From Blastocatellia bacterium (lineage in GTDB: Bacteria > Acidobacteriota > Blastocatellia > UBA7656): DNA of 64,000 nt. Below the pieces are notes generated by a model. That model saw only the letters and a list, made by a program, of their open reading frames with translations, was not told the origin of the DNA and ran no database searches. Positions within the stretch are counted from its first letter, which is position 1; every line of letters starts with the position of its first letter. Location of the stretch: NCBI GenBank assembly GCA_963765495.1, contig CAVXWP010000016.1:192001-256000 (forward strand), written 5' to 3'. The position numbers were made by a program, and so were the translations under genes. Below, one piece after another: positions 32,835-43,562 of this stretch.

Positions 32835-33599
32835 TCAGCGATAACTTACGCCTGCGGCATGGGGCCGGTTGAGCCAGTCCTCGAAATGTGTCGAGCCGAT
32901 GCGCGGGTTATCGCCGGGGGTGAGGCTGTGATCGTTCACCTCTAAGCCGAAGTAGAGCGCGTGGTCGTCTGTAATCACCCTCCGTTCGTCTCGGGTTGCG
33001 CTCAAGAATCGGCGGACGAATTCGTCGAGCTGTAGCCGGTCGGGGCCTGCCAGTTCGATTGTGCCGTTCAATGGTTCTGCGACTGCGACCTCGGCCAGTG
33101 CAGCAGCGACGTCATCTGATACGATGGGCTGGAAAAGGGCAGATGGCAACCGAACCGTTTGCCCGTCAGTTGCTGATTGAGCGATGGCGCTCGCGAACTC
33201 GAAGAATTGCGTTGCACGGATAATCGTATAGGGGATACCGGATGCCTTGATCAGGTTTTCTTGAGCCATTTTCGCGCGGAAGTAACCGCTCGCAAGAAGG
33301 CGATCAGTGCCGACAACCGACAGCGCAACGTGATGTCTCACGCCAGCGGCGTCCTCCGCGGCAAAGATGTTACGCCCTGCCGTCTCGAAAAACTCCAGAG
33401 ATTTGTCGTCAAAGGAAGGCGAGTTCGCCACGTCGACGACGACCTGAGCGCCCGTAAGCGCTTCAGCCAGCCCCTCACCGGTCAGGATATTGACGCCCGA
33501 GGAGGGTGATGCCGCCACGACCTCATTTCCTTGCTGACGAAGGTTTCTCACAACCTTTGTTCCGATAAGCCCGCTGCCGCCGATAACTACGATTTTCAT
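32835..33599 (-). CDS. NmrA/YbjT-like NAD(P)-binding protein
   Basis: GGSGLIG, YFRAK, RATQF. Confidence 0.88.
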   Translation of the reverse strand: MKIVVIGGSGLIGTKVVRNLRQQGNEVVAASPSSGVNILTGEGLAEALTGAQVVVDVANSPSFDDKSLEFFETAGRNIFAAEDAAGVRHHVALSVVGTDRLLASGYFRAKMAQENLIKASGIPYTIIRATQFFEFASAIAQSATDGQTVRLPSALFQPIVSDDVAAALAEVAVAEPLNGTIELAGPDRLQLDEFVRRFLSATRDERRVITDDHALYFGLEVNDHSLTPGDNPRIGSTHFEDWLNRPHAAGVSYR

Positions 33600-33652
33600 T
33601 TTTGTATCCTACCTTTCCTTTCAATTTCGGATGAGGCGGCTCGTACCGCCGC

Positions 33653-33916
33653 CTAACGTGATTGTTCTCTGTTAAGCCACTCCCTCAGAAAGGGGGGACA
33701 ATTTCTAAGCTCGATGCCTCTCATCTCGCACACTGCGAGGTAACTCACCACATCGCGATCAACGAGCGTGAGTTCGCTCAGATCAATTGATACTCGACCG
33801 CCTTCGCGCGCAATCAGTTCTTCGATTGTGCTCACGTGTTCTGATTGAATATGTCCGGCTACACGCAAGACGATTCTTCCTTCCTCACCAGCAAGCTGTT
33901 CGATTTTGCAAATCAT
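33653..33916 (-). CDS. Small STAS-like protein
   Basis: LRVAG..IDLSELTLVD..V..L, followed by LRNCPPFLREW; lies behind a sigma54 promoter. Confidence 0.6.
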   Translation of the reverse strand: MICKIEQLAGEEGRIVLRVAGHIQSEHVSTIEELIAREGGRVSIDLSELTLVDRDVVSYLAVCEMRGIELRNCPPFLREWLNREQSR

Positions 33917-33996
33917 TGGCATCGCCTGCCCAAACAACACACTGGCGCGGCTTGTATCCTCCACAGTTGCATTCGCCAGCTTGCGCCATATGGATG

Positions 33997-34012
33997 TGCA
34001 AGTTGGAAGCCA
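33997..34012 (-). promoter_or_regulatory. Sigma54 -24/-12 promoter
   Basis: Minus strand TGGCTTCCAACTTGCA (GG-N10-GC), just downstream of a GAFTGA activator gene. Confidence 0.75.
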
Positions 34013-34058
34013 TTCGCAAACTTTTGAAAAGAAAGAGGTGAGGGGTCAGAAGTCCTTT

Positions 34059-34090
34059 GTGAATTTCGTGAAAGTCGTGAAAACGGTGAA
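34059..34090. repeat. Four GTGAA repeats at 9-bp period (candidate activator site)
   Basis: gtgaatttcgtgaaagtcgtgaaaacggtgaa. Confidence 0.5.
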
Positions 34091-34113
34091 TTACACGAGT
34101 CGCGGAGAAAGAC

Positions 34114-36990
34114 TCAACCGAGCTTGAAGCGTCGCTTGCTGATCTTCAGTTTCTTAATGCGAGAGTCGAGGGTTGAGGGCGGTATTCCAAGTCTGGCGGC
34201 TGCTCCTTTCGGCCCTGATACCCGCCCCCGGCATTCGGCGAGCGCGGCCTCAATGATCTGCCGTTCATCGTTGGAATCCTCGGTAGCAGCCTCGGGTGCC
34301 GCTTCCCACCTGGTCGGGTTGCTGGCCCGTGACAACCAGGATTCGTCTACGCAGAAGGTATCGTCAGAACAGACGATCACCGATCTTTCAACTACATTCT
34401 GCAACTCGCGGATGTTGCCCGGCCAGTCGTAGGTTTGAAATTGCTTCAGCGTTTGTTTGTCGATCTTTGTGAAACTCTTGCCCACTGCTCTTGCATAACG
34501 ATGGACAAAGTATTCAAGCAACATGGGCACATCTTCCCTGCGCTGTCGTAGCGGCGGTACCTCGATTGGAAACACGTTAAAACGATAGAAGAGGTCGGAG
34601 CGAAAAGTTCCCGCCGCGATGGAGGCTTCTAAGTTGCGATTCGTTGCGACGATGATGCGGACGTCTACCTTAATGCGATCTTTGCCGCCAACTCGCTCGA
34701 ATTCTCGCTCTTGCAGCGCTCTAAGAAGCGCGACTTGTGTATCTAGAGGCAATTCGCCGACTTCGTCAAGAAATATAGTCCCCTTGTCTGCCGATTCAAA
34801 CCGGCCAATTCGCCGCTGGACTGCGCCGGTGAATGCTCCCTTTTCGTGGCCAAATAACTCGGAAGCGATAAGCGAGGGGGCAAGCGCCGCGCAGTTCACG
34901 CTGACAAAGGCTCGCTGCGCGCGCGGAGACTGCTTATGAATGGCGCGTGCAATCAGTTCCTTCCCTGTGCCTGTCTCGCCGGTAATGAGAACGGTGGAAT
35001 TAGTCGGAGCAACCTTGGCGACACGTGACAGGAGGGCGTTCAAGGCTGGCGAAGAGCCTACGATCTCTTCGAACATCGAGACGCGATCCACCTCTTCCCG
35101 CAACGCCACGTTTTCCTTCTGAAGCTGATCCTTGAGCGCCTGAATCTCAGCAAACGCTCTTTCCAGCTTCTCCCGAGCCTGCACCTGTTCGGTGACTTCC
35201 ATCGTCGTTCCGACAATCTCGACGAGGTCGCCAGCTTCGTTCAAAACCGGATGGCCAATCGAGTGATTGTGCTTGATAGTGCCGTCGAGAAGAACGATTC
35301 GGTAGTCTGCTTTGTAGTCAATCTTGAGGGCCACGCTTCTTTCAAAGAGATCTTGAACCATCTTCCGATCTTCGGGATGAACCCGATCAAACCAGAACTC
35401 AAGATTGGACGTCTCCTCATCCGGCTTGATGTCGAATCGCTGCAATACTTCGGGCGAGACAGTAAATTTCCCGGACGTAGCATTGAATCTAAAGCTACCC
35501 GTTCGAGTCAGTGCCTGCATTTCCAGTAAATGGGCTTCGTTCTCGCGGAGCTTTTCCTCGACTTGTTTTCGCGCTTCGATATCGGCACGCAGGGCTTCCT
35601 CAGCCCGCTTTTGGTCCTCGACATCATTGAGCAAGAAGTACCATCGGATTATCCGGCCATTTTCATCCCGAAGCGGAAGACCTCGTACATTGAACCAGCG
35701 GTACCCGTGAACACCGAGTAGACGCTGAGCGATTTCGTAGGGAACTCCGGTTTCTATAGAGCGGCGCCACATTGCTAAGACGTGATCGCGATCATCGGGA
35801 TGGATGAGAGGCGCCCAATCTTTCAACTCTTCGGCAGTCTTGCCAAAGAAGTCTGAGATTGGCTGATTTACAAATTCGACCTCTCCGGCTGTATTCATGG
35901 TGGCGATCAGACCGGGAAGGCTGTCAATCATCAGGCGAAGGTTGTGTTCGCTTGCGCGGAGTACATCCTCGACGTGCTTGCGCTCGATACCCTGAGCGAT
36001 GCCATCAGCAATGAAAGCAAGGGTGTCGAGTGTGCTCTGCATCAGAACTTTCTTGGAGAACATGCCCATAACGCCAACAATCCGATCCTCAACAACAAGA
36101 GGATAGCCAGCAAAGGAGATCATCCCCTCATTCCTTGCCCACTCCTTGTTGTGAATCCGAGGATCGTTTGGGACATCATTAGTCAAATGGGCTTTTCTTT
36201 CTCGCGCAATGAGACCGATCTTAAATTGGCCAAAAGGGATTCGACTGTAAAGGCCATCCAGACGGGTGTACATCCCGGCGCTCGCCTGCAACTCCAAATA
36301 GAGCCCATCACCGTTAAGCGTCCAGATACGCGCAAAGGCCGCGTCAAGGTGGCGCACCATTGCTTCGGCGCATGCATGCAACATTTGATTCAAAGTATCT
36401 TTACGCGCCAGAGCCATACCGACTTCTACACGGACAGCATCAAGGCGCACGCGCTCTGCCATTGAATCAAGCAACGCTTGCTCTGCGCGCCTCTTGTCTT
36501 CGAGATCGGTGTTCGTTCCGTACCACTTGACGACCTTCCCGGATTCATCACACAGCGGATTTCCGCGAAAAAGAAACCACCGGTACTCCCCATCAAAGCG
36601 GCGAAAACGGCCCTCTACTTCAAACGCCTGCGCCAAATTTACGGCTTCCTGAAATACCCCCAACACCCGGGGAAGATCGTCGGGATGAATAGCAGTTTTC
36701 CATCTCCAGTCCAGAGCTTGTTCCTGGGTGAGGCCGGTGTATTCCAGCCAGCGCTGATTGAAGAAATCGACGGAGCCATCTGGACGAGCAGACCAGGCCA
36801 GGGTGGGGATGGTATCGACTACAAGGCAAATGTCCTGCAGGCGTTCAGGCTGGCCAGCGGAAGGCACCTGTGCTGTACATGCTTTAGCTTCCATAGGACC
36901 CCTCGCTCCCGATTGTAAAGCATTCCACAGGTGTGCATTGGTTTCAAGTTGCATCCGTCTATTAATTTTAGTCGCGTGCGAAACTACCAA
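34114..36990 (-). CDS. Sigma54-dependent activator (PAS-GAF-PAS-PAS-AAA-HTH)
   Basis: GETGTGKE, ELFGHEKGAFTGA, FLDEVGE, WPGNIREL; HPDD PAS motifs; start uncertain. Confidence 0.93.
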   Translation of the reverse strand: MVVSHATKINRRMQLETNAHLWNALQSGARGPMEAKACTAQVPSAGQPERLQDICLVVDTIPTLAWSARPDGSVDFFNQRWLEYTGLTQEQALDWRWKTAIHPDDLPRVLGVFQEAVNLAQAFEVEGRFRRFDGEYRWFLFRGNPLCDESGKVVKWYGTNTDLEDKRRAEQALLDSMAERVRLDAVRVEVGMALARKDTLNQMLHACAEAMVRHLDAAFARIWTLNGDGLYLELQASAGMYTRLDGLYSRIPFGQFKIGLIARERKAHLTNDVPNDPRIHNKEWARNEGMISFAGYPLVVEDRIVGVMGMFSKKVLMQSTLDTLAFIADGIAQGIERKHVEDVLRASEHNLRLMIDSLPGLIATMNTAGEVEFVNQPISDFFGKTAEELKDWAPLIHPDDRDHVLAMWRRSIETGVPYEIAQRLLGVHGYRWFNVRGLPLRDENGRIIRWYFLLNDVEDQKRAEEALRADIEARKQVEEKLRENEAHLLEMQALTRTGSFRFNATSGKFTVSPEVLQRFDIKPDEETSNLEFWFDRVHPEDRKMVQDLFERSVALKIDYKADYRIVLLDGTIKHNHSIGHPVLNEAGDLVEIVGTTMEVTEQVQAREKLERAFAEIQALKDQLQKENVALREEVDRVSMFEEIVGSSPALNALLSRVAKVAPTNSTVLITGETGTGKELIARAIHKQSPRAQRAFVSVNCAALAPSLIASELFGHEKGAFTGAVQRRIGRFESADKGTIFLDEVGELPLDTQVALLRALQEREFERVGGKDRIKVDVRIIVATNRNLEASIAAGTFRSDLFYRFNVFPIEVPPLRQRREDVPMLLEYFVHRYARAVGKSFTKIDKQTLKQFQTYDWPGNIRELQNVVERSVIVCSDDTFCVDESWLSRASNPTRWEAAPEAATEDSNDERQIIEAALAECRGRVSGPKGAAARLGIPPSTLDSRIKKLKISKRRFKLG

Positions 36991-37089
36991 AAGCTTTTAG
37001 ATATTCTATTGACCCGTTTGATGAAAATAGCGCGCGCGAAAAAGTGAATGATTGACTGTGAAAATGGGCTGTGCTACTTTCGAGTAAAG

Positions 37090-37914
37090 ATGATAACCGG
37101 ATTTAACACCGACGTTCAGCACGAGGGATGCCTCTATCATGTGCAAACCGAAGATGGAGGCGAGGGACATCCCTTTCTTGAATCCCTTGTATATATCGGT
37201 GGAACGATTATCGCCAAAAAGAGCACGCCCTACACCGAACAGTTGAGCCGGGGCGCGACCGAAGAAGTAATCGCCGGGCTGCTCAAACGGCAGCATCAGG
37301 TGATTATAGCGGCGATAAAGGCCGGACGTATCGAAGATCTCGCCCGTCATTACTCGGCCAAAATGTCGGAGGCGGAAAAACCGCCGGTCGCAATTGTCGC
37401 TCCTCTTCTACCGTCGGCGGAATCACCCGGTCTGAGAGAGAGCGCAACCGCCGATTCACCCGCCCTTGACGCCCTGCCGAGAACGACCGAGATGCTTTCA
37501 TCCGCCGTTGCCGGCCCGGTAAGGCCCGCTGTGCCGCCCAAAGCACCGCGCGCCGGTAAGAGCGGCATGCTTGACCTCAACGAAGTCATAGCCGATTACC
37601 TGAAACGCAATTCCGAACAGGCCAGGCTCGACCTCAAGGTGCTTACACCGAGCGGTTTCACGGCCGGGAAGACAATCACCTTAAACGTCCAGGTCTTCTA
37701 CGGCGTAAACCCCGAATCGCAGGCCGTGGTCACGGTCAAAGTGATAGGCACGGCCTTTCGCCCACAGGTCTTTATGGGGCGGGCGGGCCACGACGGCATA
37801 GCCGGGTTCAACCTCACCCTGCCTTCGTTTAGCACCGGCACCGCCGCTATCGTCATCGAAGCGCAGTCGAGCCGGGGCCGGGGCGAGCTGAAGCACCTGA
37901 TCCGAAGAGCATAA
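37090..37914 (+). CDS. Conserved hypothetical protein
   Basis: MITGFNTDV..YHVQTED N-terminus; co-oriented upstream of thiS. Confidence 0.7.
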   Translation: MITGFNTDVQHEGCLYHVQTEDGGEGHPFLESLVYIGGTIIAKKSTPYTEQLSRGATEEVIAGLLKRQHQVIIAAIKAGRIEDLARHYSAKMSEAEKPPVAIVAPLLPSAESPGLRESATADSPALDALPRTTEMLSSAVAGPVRPAVPPKAPRAGKSGMLDLNEVIADYLKRNSEQARLDLKVLTPSGFTAGKTITLNVQVFYGVNPESQAVVTVKVIGTAFRPQVFMGRAGHDGIAGFNLTLPSFSTGTAAIVIEAQSSRGRGELKHLIRRA

Positions 37915-37958
37915 TCTGAATCTCCGCCTGAGTGTGCCGCGCCAAAGGAGGAACCCCC

Positions 37959-38165
37959 TTGACCATAATCGTGAATGGAGAAGAGACCGAAATAGCAGAA
38001 GGGCTGGCTGTAGCCGATCTGATAACATCACTCGACCTGAAACCCGAACGCCTCGCCGTCGAAGTGAACCGTAAAATAATCAGACGCGCCCGCTGGGACT
38101 CGACATCTCTTTCGGAAGGTGACAAAGTAGAGATTGTGCATTTCGTAGGCGGGGGCCGCACCTAG
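37959..38165 (+). CDS. thiS: Sulfur carrier protein ThiS
   Basis: AVEVN, GDKVEIVHFVGGG; AGGAGG precedes TTG. Confidence 0.92.
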   Translation: MTIIVNGEETEIAEGLAVADLITSLDLKPERLAVEVNRKIIRRARWDSTSLSEGDKVEIVHFVGGGRT

Positions 38166-38209
38166 CGCCGTCGCGCATTTTATTTGCGACCGTTTGAAGG
38201 GCTTTATAA

Positions 38210-39004
38210 ATGGATTATCAAGTTTCTGACTCTTTCGTTATAGCCGGACGCGAGTTCAAATCGCGTTTGATTCTGGGCACTGGAAAATATGAGAGCTTCG
38301 ACCTGATGGTCAAATCGCTTGAAGCCTCGGGCACAGATATGGTTACGGTGGCCGTGCGCCGGGTCAATATCAGCGACCGTTCGAAAGAATCTCTGCTCGA
38401 TCACATCGACCCGAAAAAATATCATCTGCTTCCGAACACCGCCGGGTGTTACTCGGCCGAAGAGGCAGTTCGCACGGCGATGCTGGCGCGAGAGGCGCTC
38501 GATACACCCTGGGTCAAGCTTGAAGTCATAGGCGATGAGAAGACCCTCTTTCCCGATAACGAGGGATTGCTTTCGGCAACGCGCGAACTGGTGCGTGAAG
38601 GCTTCATCGTGTTGCCTTATCTGAACGACGATCTCATCGTCGCCCGCAGGCTGATCGATGCGGGCGCAGCTTGTATCATGCCGCTTGCGGCTCCAATCGG
38701 ATCGGGCCTCGGTATACAAAATTTCACAAACCTTCGCATACTCAGGGAGATGGTGCGCGAGGTGCCCCTGATCGTAGACGCGGGCGTAGGCACGGCATCC
38801 GACGCGACGCTTGCGATGGAGATGGGCGTTGACGGCATCCTGATGAACACAGGAATAGCGGGCGCTCGAAATCCCGTGGCGATGGGCGAAGCCATGAAGT
38901 GCGCCGTGCGCGCGGGCCGGCTCGCATATCTTGCGGGACGCATACCCAGAAAACTCTATGCTACGGCGTCGAGTCCCGTCGAAGGTTTGATCAGTAATTC
39001 GTGA
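38210..39004 (+). CDS. thiG: Thiazole synthase
   Basis: [37 protein letters not shown]. Confidence 0.97.
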   Translation: MDYQVSDSFVIAGREFKSRLILGTGKYESFDLMVKSLEASGTDMVTVAVRRVNISDRSKESLLDHIDPKKYHLLPNTAGCYSAEEAVRTAMLAREALDTPWVKLEVIGDEKTLFPDNEGLLSATRELVREGFIVLPYLNDDLIVARRLIDAGAACIMPLAAPIGSGLGIQNFTNLRILREMVREVPLIVDAGVGTASDATLAMEMGVDGILMNTGIAGARNPVAMGEAMKCAVRAGRLAYLAGRIPRKLYATASSPVEGLISNS

Positions 39005-39087
39005 TGCGTGATGCGTGACTTTAGAAGTAGCTGACCGATAACAGATACTCACCTGTCTGAAAACTACAGATCACGCATCACGCATCA
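39000..39087. repeat. Inverted 7-mer tandem repeat (CGTGATG / CATCACG)
   Basis: cgtgatgcgtgatgcgtga ... tcacgcatcacgcatca. Confidence 0.75.
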
Positions 39088-39093
39088 GACGCT

Positions 39094-39726
39094 ATGGCTT
39101 GTGACACAAAGTTAGAAACCGATCTGCTTCGCTCGGGCCAAAAGCTTATCGCGGGTGCCGACGAAGTCGGGCGCGGCGCTCTGGCGGGCCCTGTGGTAGC
39201 CGCCGCGGTCATATTGAATCTGGAAGACGTGCCCGAGGGGATTAATGACTCCAAGAAGCTCTCCCGCGCCGCTCGCGAACGGCTGGTCATCGAAATCGAG
39301 CGCCGCGCGATCTCGTTTTTTGTCGCCCGCATAGAGCCCGATGAGATAGACCGCATAAACATTCACAGGGCATCGCTTCGGGCCATGGCCCTCGCAGTAA
39401 AAGCATTGCAACCCGGTCCGGCTTATGTTTTAATAGACGGCAAACATAAGCTCCCCCATTTGGACTGCCCCCAATCGGCCATTGTTAAAGGTGATAGCCT
39501 TTCGGTCTCAATCGCCGCAGCATCAATTTTGGCAAAGGTAGCGCGCGACCGCTGGATGAGCGAATATGATGACGAGTACCCCGGTTACGGTTTCCGAAGA
39601 CACGTCGGCTATGCCACGCGCCTGCATCAGGAGGCCATTGCCCGTCTCGGCCCGTCACTCATCCATCGAAGGAGTTTTCAAGGCGTGCGGTCCTATCAAC
39701 CCCTGCTTGATCTCGGCGTCGAATAA
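39094..39726 (+). CDS. rnhB: Ribonuclease HII
   Basis: GADEVGRGALAGPV, DSKKL, KGDS..SIAAASILAKV.RD, HRRSF. Confidence 0.96.
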   Translation: MACDTKLETDLLRSGQKLIAGADEVGRGALAGPVVAAAVILNLEDVPEGINDSKKLSRAARERLVIEIERRAISFFVARIEPDEIDRINIHRASLRAMALAVKALQPGPAYVLIDGKHKLPHLDCPQSAIVKGDSLSVSIAAASILAKVARDRWMSEYDDEYPGYGFRRHVGYATRLHQEAIARLGPSLIHRRSFQGVRSYQPLLDLGVE

Positions 39727-39861
39727 CAGAGTGCTTATGTCGCTTATGATATGAATCATCGCAAGCCTCGGGCTTGCGCTCCCCGTACAATTTGAGCACC
39801 CCGCGACTGCCCCCAAGGCAAAGAGAAGAGGAGTCAGGAGGCCTTAGCCTCGGGAGGGCTT

Positions 39862-42800
39862 ATGTCCTTAAATAAGTCTAAATCTTTACGCACCGCAGAA
39901 AAATACGTCCTTCAAGGCAAGATACCGGCCGCAATTGATGAGTATCGCAAGGTTGTTGATGCCGATCCGGCCGATCTCACAACGATCAACACTTTAGGCG
40001 ACCTTTATGTGCGCGCGGGCAAAATACAGGATGCAATAAATAATTTCTCTCGTATCGCGGAGAGCTATCGCGAATCGGGCTTCACATTGAAGGCGATCGC
40101 AATGCTCAAGAAAATATCCAAGCTCGATCCTACAAATGTCGAGACCTCGATGAAGCTTGCGAATCTTTATTCGCAACAGGGTCTGCTTGTCGAAGCCCGT
40201 CAGCAATACCTACAGGTGGCCGACTCTTACGCGCGAGCCGGACAGACCAGAAAGGCGCTCGAAGCTTATCAAAAGATTGCCGACCTCGACCCGTCCAACA
40301 CAAGCGTGCGGATGAAGCTTGGAGAGATATATTCGCGCGAAGCGATGATGGATCAGGCGCACGAATCTTTCCTGACGGCGGGCGCGGAATTTCTGCGCAA
40401 AGGCGATATGGAACAGGCCCTCAATGCCAACCTCAAAGCCATCTCTATAAACCCCGAAAGCCGTCAGGGGCTTACGGCCATCGCCACCATCTACACACAG
40501 ATGGGTCAGGCCGACCGCGCCATCAACATACTCTGCGATGCATTCGAATCAAACCCCGGCGATGTGGAACTGCTGACCATACTCGGTCGCACATATCTCT
40601 CGGCCGGTTTGATGGATGAAGCGGAGCGAACCTTCCTGAGCCTCGTAGAACTCGACCGCAATCGCTATCACTACCTGCTTGAGGTAGGCCGAAAGTTTCT
40701 TGAGATGGGCGAGCTTGACCGCTCGGCCGAGCAGATAGACGGCTGCCTCGACGTGCTGATCGCAAAGCGGGAAGAGGACAAGGCAATAGACTTTCTCCGC
40801 CGCGTGCTCGACCGCGACATGAATCATATAGGCTCGCTCAAGAGAATGGGGCAGATTTTTCTGCGCATACGCGAAGACCATAACCTGATCGCCACGCTCA
40901 ATTCTCTGGTCGAAGCCTCGATGCGCAAGGGTGAGGACGCGGAAGCCATAGAGGCTCTCAAAGAGCTTGCGCGACTTGAGCCGGACGAGCCCATGCACAG
41001 GCAACGGCTCTACAACCTCGGGGTGCAGGATATAGTGGAAGGTGATTCGCCCGACGTAATCCGCGCCACCGGGCCGCTCGATTTTCAGTCCGCAGCTTTT
41101 GACGACACCTTCGTCATCCGGCAAATCTCTGAGGCCGAGATACTGGCCGGGCACGGACAGGTTGATCACGCCGTCACGATACTGCGCGAGATACTCAACC
41201 ACGCGCCGGAAAATGTTCAGGTCCACCTCAAGCTCAAGGATATATATCTGCGCGCGGGAATCATGGACAACGCCGCCTCGGAGTGTCTTGAACTGGCCCG
41301 CATACACGAAGCGCGAGGCGAGTCTGCCCGAGCGAGTGATTACCTGGCCGAGGCTCGTCAGCTCAACCCCTTGATTGATGAATCTTCTCTCACGGCTAAT
41401 AATCAGGTTGCCGGGTGGTCTGGCAATGACGCAAATAGCTTCCACTCAGCCAGCCACAATGATCCGTTTATGAATGATCTGCACGGGGAAGAATCGGATG
41501 AACAGGAACCCGAAGGATTCGATCTGGCCGGCTATCAGACCGGCTCGCTCGGGTCGGGCAGTTTCGTGACCGTCCCCGAAGACGCGGCTCACTCCAACGG
41601 ACACGGCGGGTCGGATTTCAACAGAGAGACCGGATCGGGAGCCTCCGGCAACCAGGTCTTCCGCTATAGCGACACTCTCATCGGCGGACGCGATGAAATG
41701 CCGGAGGGCACAAGCATGATAGCCGATATGGTGTTCAACTCGACGGGCAATCTGCCCTCCGACACCATGACGCGCGTGCTGCGCGATGAACTCGAAGGCG
41801 TAGACTTTTATATAGCTCAAGGCTATCTTGAGATCGCCGAAGACACCCTCAACAGATTGCGCGAAGAACACGGCGATCATCCTGAGATCATGTCTCGGTA
41901 TAAACATTTCGGTGTGCTCGCAAACCAGCCCGAGATATTTGAAAAAGAAGAGGTCAAACGGGAGGCGAACGAAGCGATCAAGCCTGCCCCGGCTCAAACG
42001 GATTCCGGGTCTTCCGGGTTCCAGACCGTTACAGGCGACACCGGCCAGACAGGCTTTAATTCTTTTGATCAGCAAGTGGCTATGGCGCTTGAAGACGAAC
42101 TTGAGGAAGAGGCAGGCCCGGGCGGATTCGAAATCAGCATTCCGCAATCGCCCGCTGAGAGCGAGCGAAAGCATTTCGCGCCTATGATGATAACCAAAGA
42201 ATCCGGCCTGCTTGACCCGGACTTGCTGGTCCAGGTTAACACCAGCGATCTGTCGAAAAGCAAAGTACCTGATATGAGCGAGCCGGTGAGTAAACCGGTC
42301 AGCGAGCCGGTTAGTGAACCGGTCAGCGAGCCGGTCAGCGAGCCTGTTAATAACAGGGCGCTCGACACAAGCGATTTGCTCAATGACACGGCTTTCGATC
42401 CGTTGAGAGCGCCGACCGGCGGTTTGCCCTCCATCCCTCATGCGCCTATGGGTACGGGCGATTTGATGGCAGCAATCGTATCCGATTTCGATTCCTCTTT
42501 CGACGCGATCAAGGGTGAATCCGGCATCTTGCCTTCTGACGATGAGACACCCGAAGCCGAACCCCTTCAGGCAACCGAGCAGATGGAAGAGGTTCTTAAG
42601 ACATCGGAAGCGACCGGGTTGCCCGCTGCGGAAGTGATCGGAGACGATTTACAGGAAATATTCGAAGAGTTGAGCGAAAACTCGACCGAGCTTGAAAGTC
42701 CGCTCGATTACGAAACCCATTACAGTCTTGGTCTCGCCTACAAAGACATGGACCTTTTCGACGAAGCGATAGAGCAATTTCAGCACGCCTTCCGCCTGGC

Positions 42801-43096
42801 AAAATTCGAAGAGGCCCACGCAAACTATATGCAGTGCTGTCATATGCTTGGCGTATGTTTCAATCGAAAGGCCATGCCGAAGGTGGCCATCATGTGGTTC
42901 CAGCGAGGCATGAGAGTGCCGGGCCGCACCGAAGACGAGTATCAGGCAATGAGATATGAAGTAGGCCCTGTGCCACGAGGCCATAGGCGATATTGATAAG
43001 GCGCTCGATATCTTCAGCGAGGTTTACGGCATAGATGTAAACTACAGGCTCGCGGGCGACAAGATAAAGCAGTTGCAGTCGTCAAAGGACGCATGA
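39862..43096 (+). CDS. Large TPR protein with acidic linker; +1 frameshift near 42967
   Basis: N- and C-terminal TPR arrays; removing one C in ggccc extends the last TPR (LCHEAIGDIDKALDIFSEVY...) to TGA 43096. Confidence 0.85.
42277..42348 (+). repeat. Intragenic 12-bp repeat encoding (SEPV)6
   Basis: SEPV SKPV SEPV SEPV SEPV SEPV. Confidence 0.85.
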
Positions 43097-43205
43097 ATGA
43101 TAAGTGATGCGATCTGGCGTGATGAGTGATGCGTGATTTGCAGATGGTGCTAATATCTACTCTCCGGTTCACCTTCACGAATCACGCATCACTCATCACT
43201 TATTT
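43097..43205. repeat. Inverted 7-mer repeat hairpin
   Basis: gtgatgagtgatgcgtgatt ... aatcacgcatcactcatcac. Confidence 0.75.
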
Positions 43206-43562
43206 ATGTCTGCCAAGCTAACAATAATATTCTTCATACTGATCTGTTTCGAGATCGGGGCGTTACTCGTCATTCTGCCCTGGCTAAACTATCCTTCCTG
43301 GAACGAGAACTATTTGCTGGTGCTTGCCTCTGAGCGATTGCACTCGCCCGCGCTTGCCCGCGTGATGACGAGCGGATATGCGCGAGGCGCGGTTACAGGT
43401 CTCGGCCTGCTAAACATTTTGCTGGGACTCTGGGAGATCAGAAATTTTAAGAAGACTGCTCGCGCTTTTCAGATAGAATGGCAGAGTGAAGAACCCGTTA
43501 TCGAGCCGCTCCCTGATATATCTGATAACCGACCGGCGAATGCTGCCCCCGGCGATAGATAA
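43206..43562 (+). CDS. Small membrane hypothetical protein
   Basis: Two TM segments, LPW..W.EN, RGAVTGLG..N. Confidence 0.65.
   Translation: MSAKLTIIFFILICFEIGALLVILPWLNYPSWNENYLLVLASERLHSPALARVMTSGYARGAVTGLGLLNILLGLWEIRNFKKTARAFQIEWQSEEPVIEPLPDISDNRPANAAPGDR

Noticed and set aside
37915-37958. TPP riboswitch upstream of thiS/thiG
   Set aside because: Spacer is too short and has no CTGAGA/ACCTGA core.
2304-42441. Long antisense ORFs (e.g. 2304-3134, 9464-10294, 40549-42441)
   Set aside because: Shadow frames of well-supported genes in GC-rich DNA.
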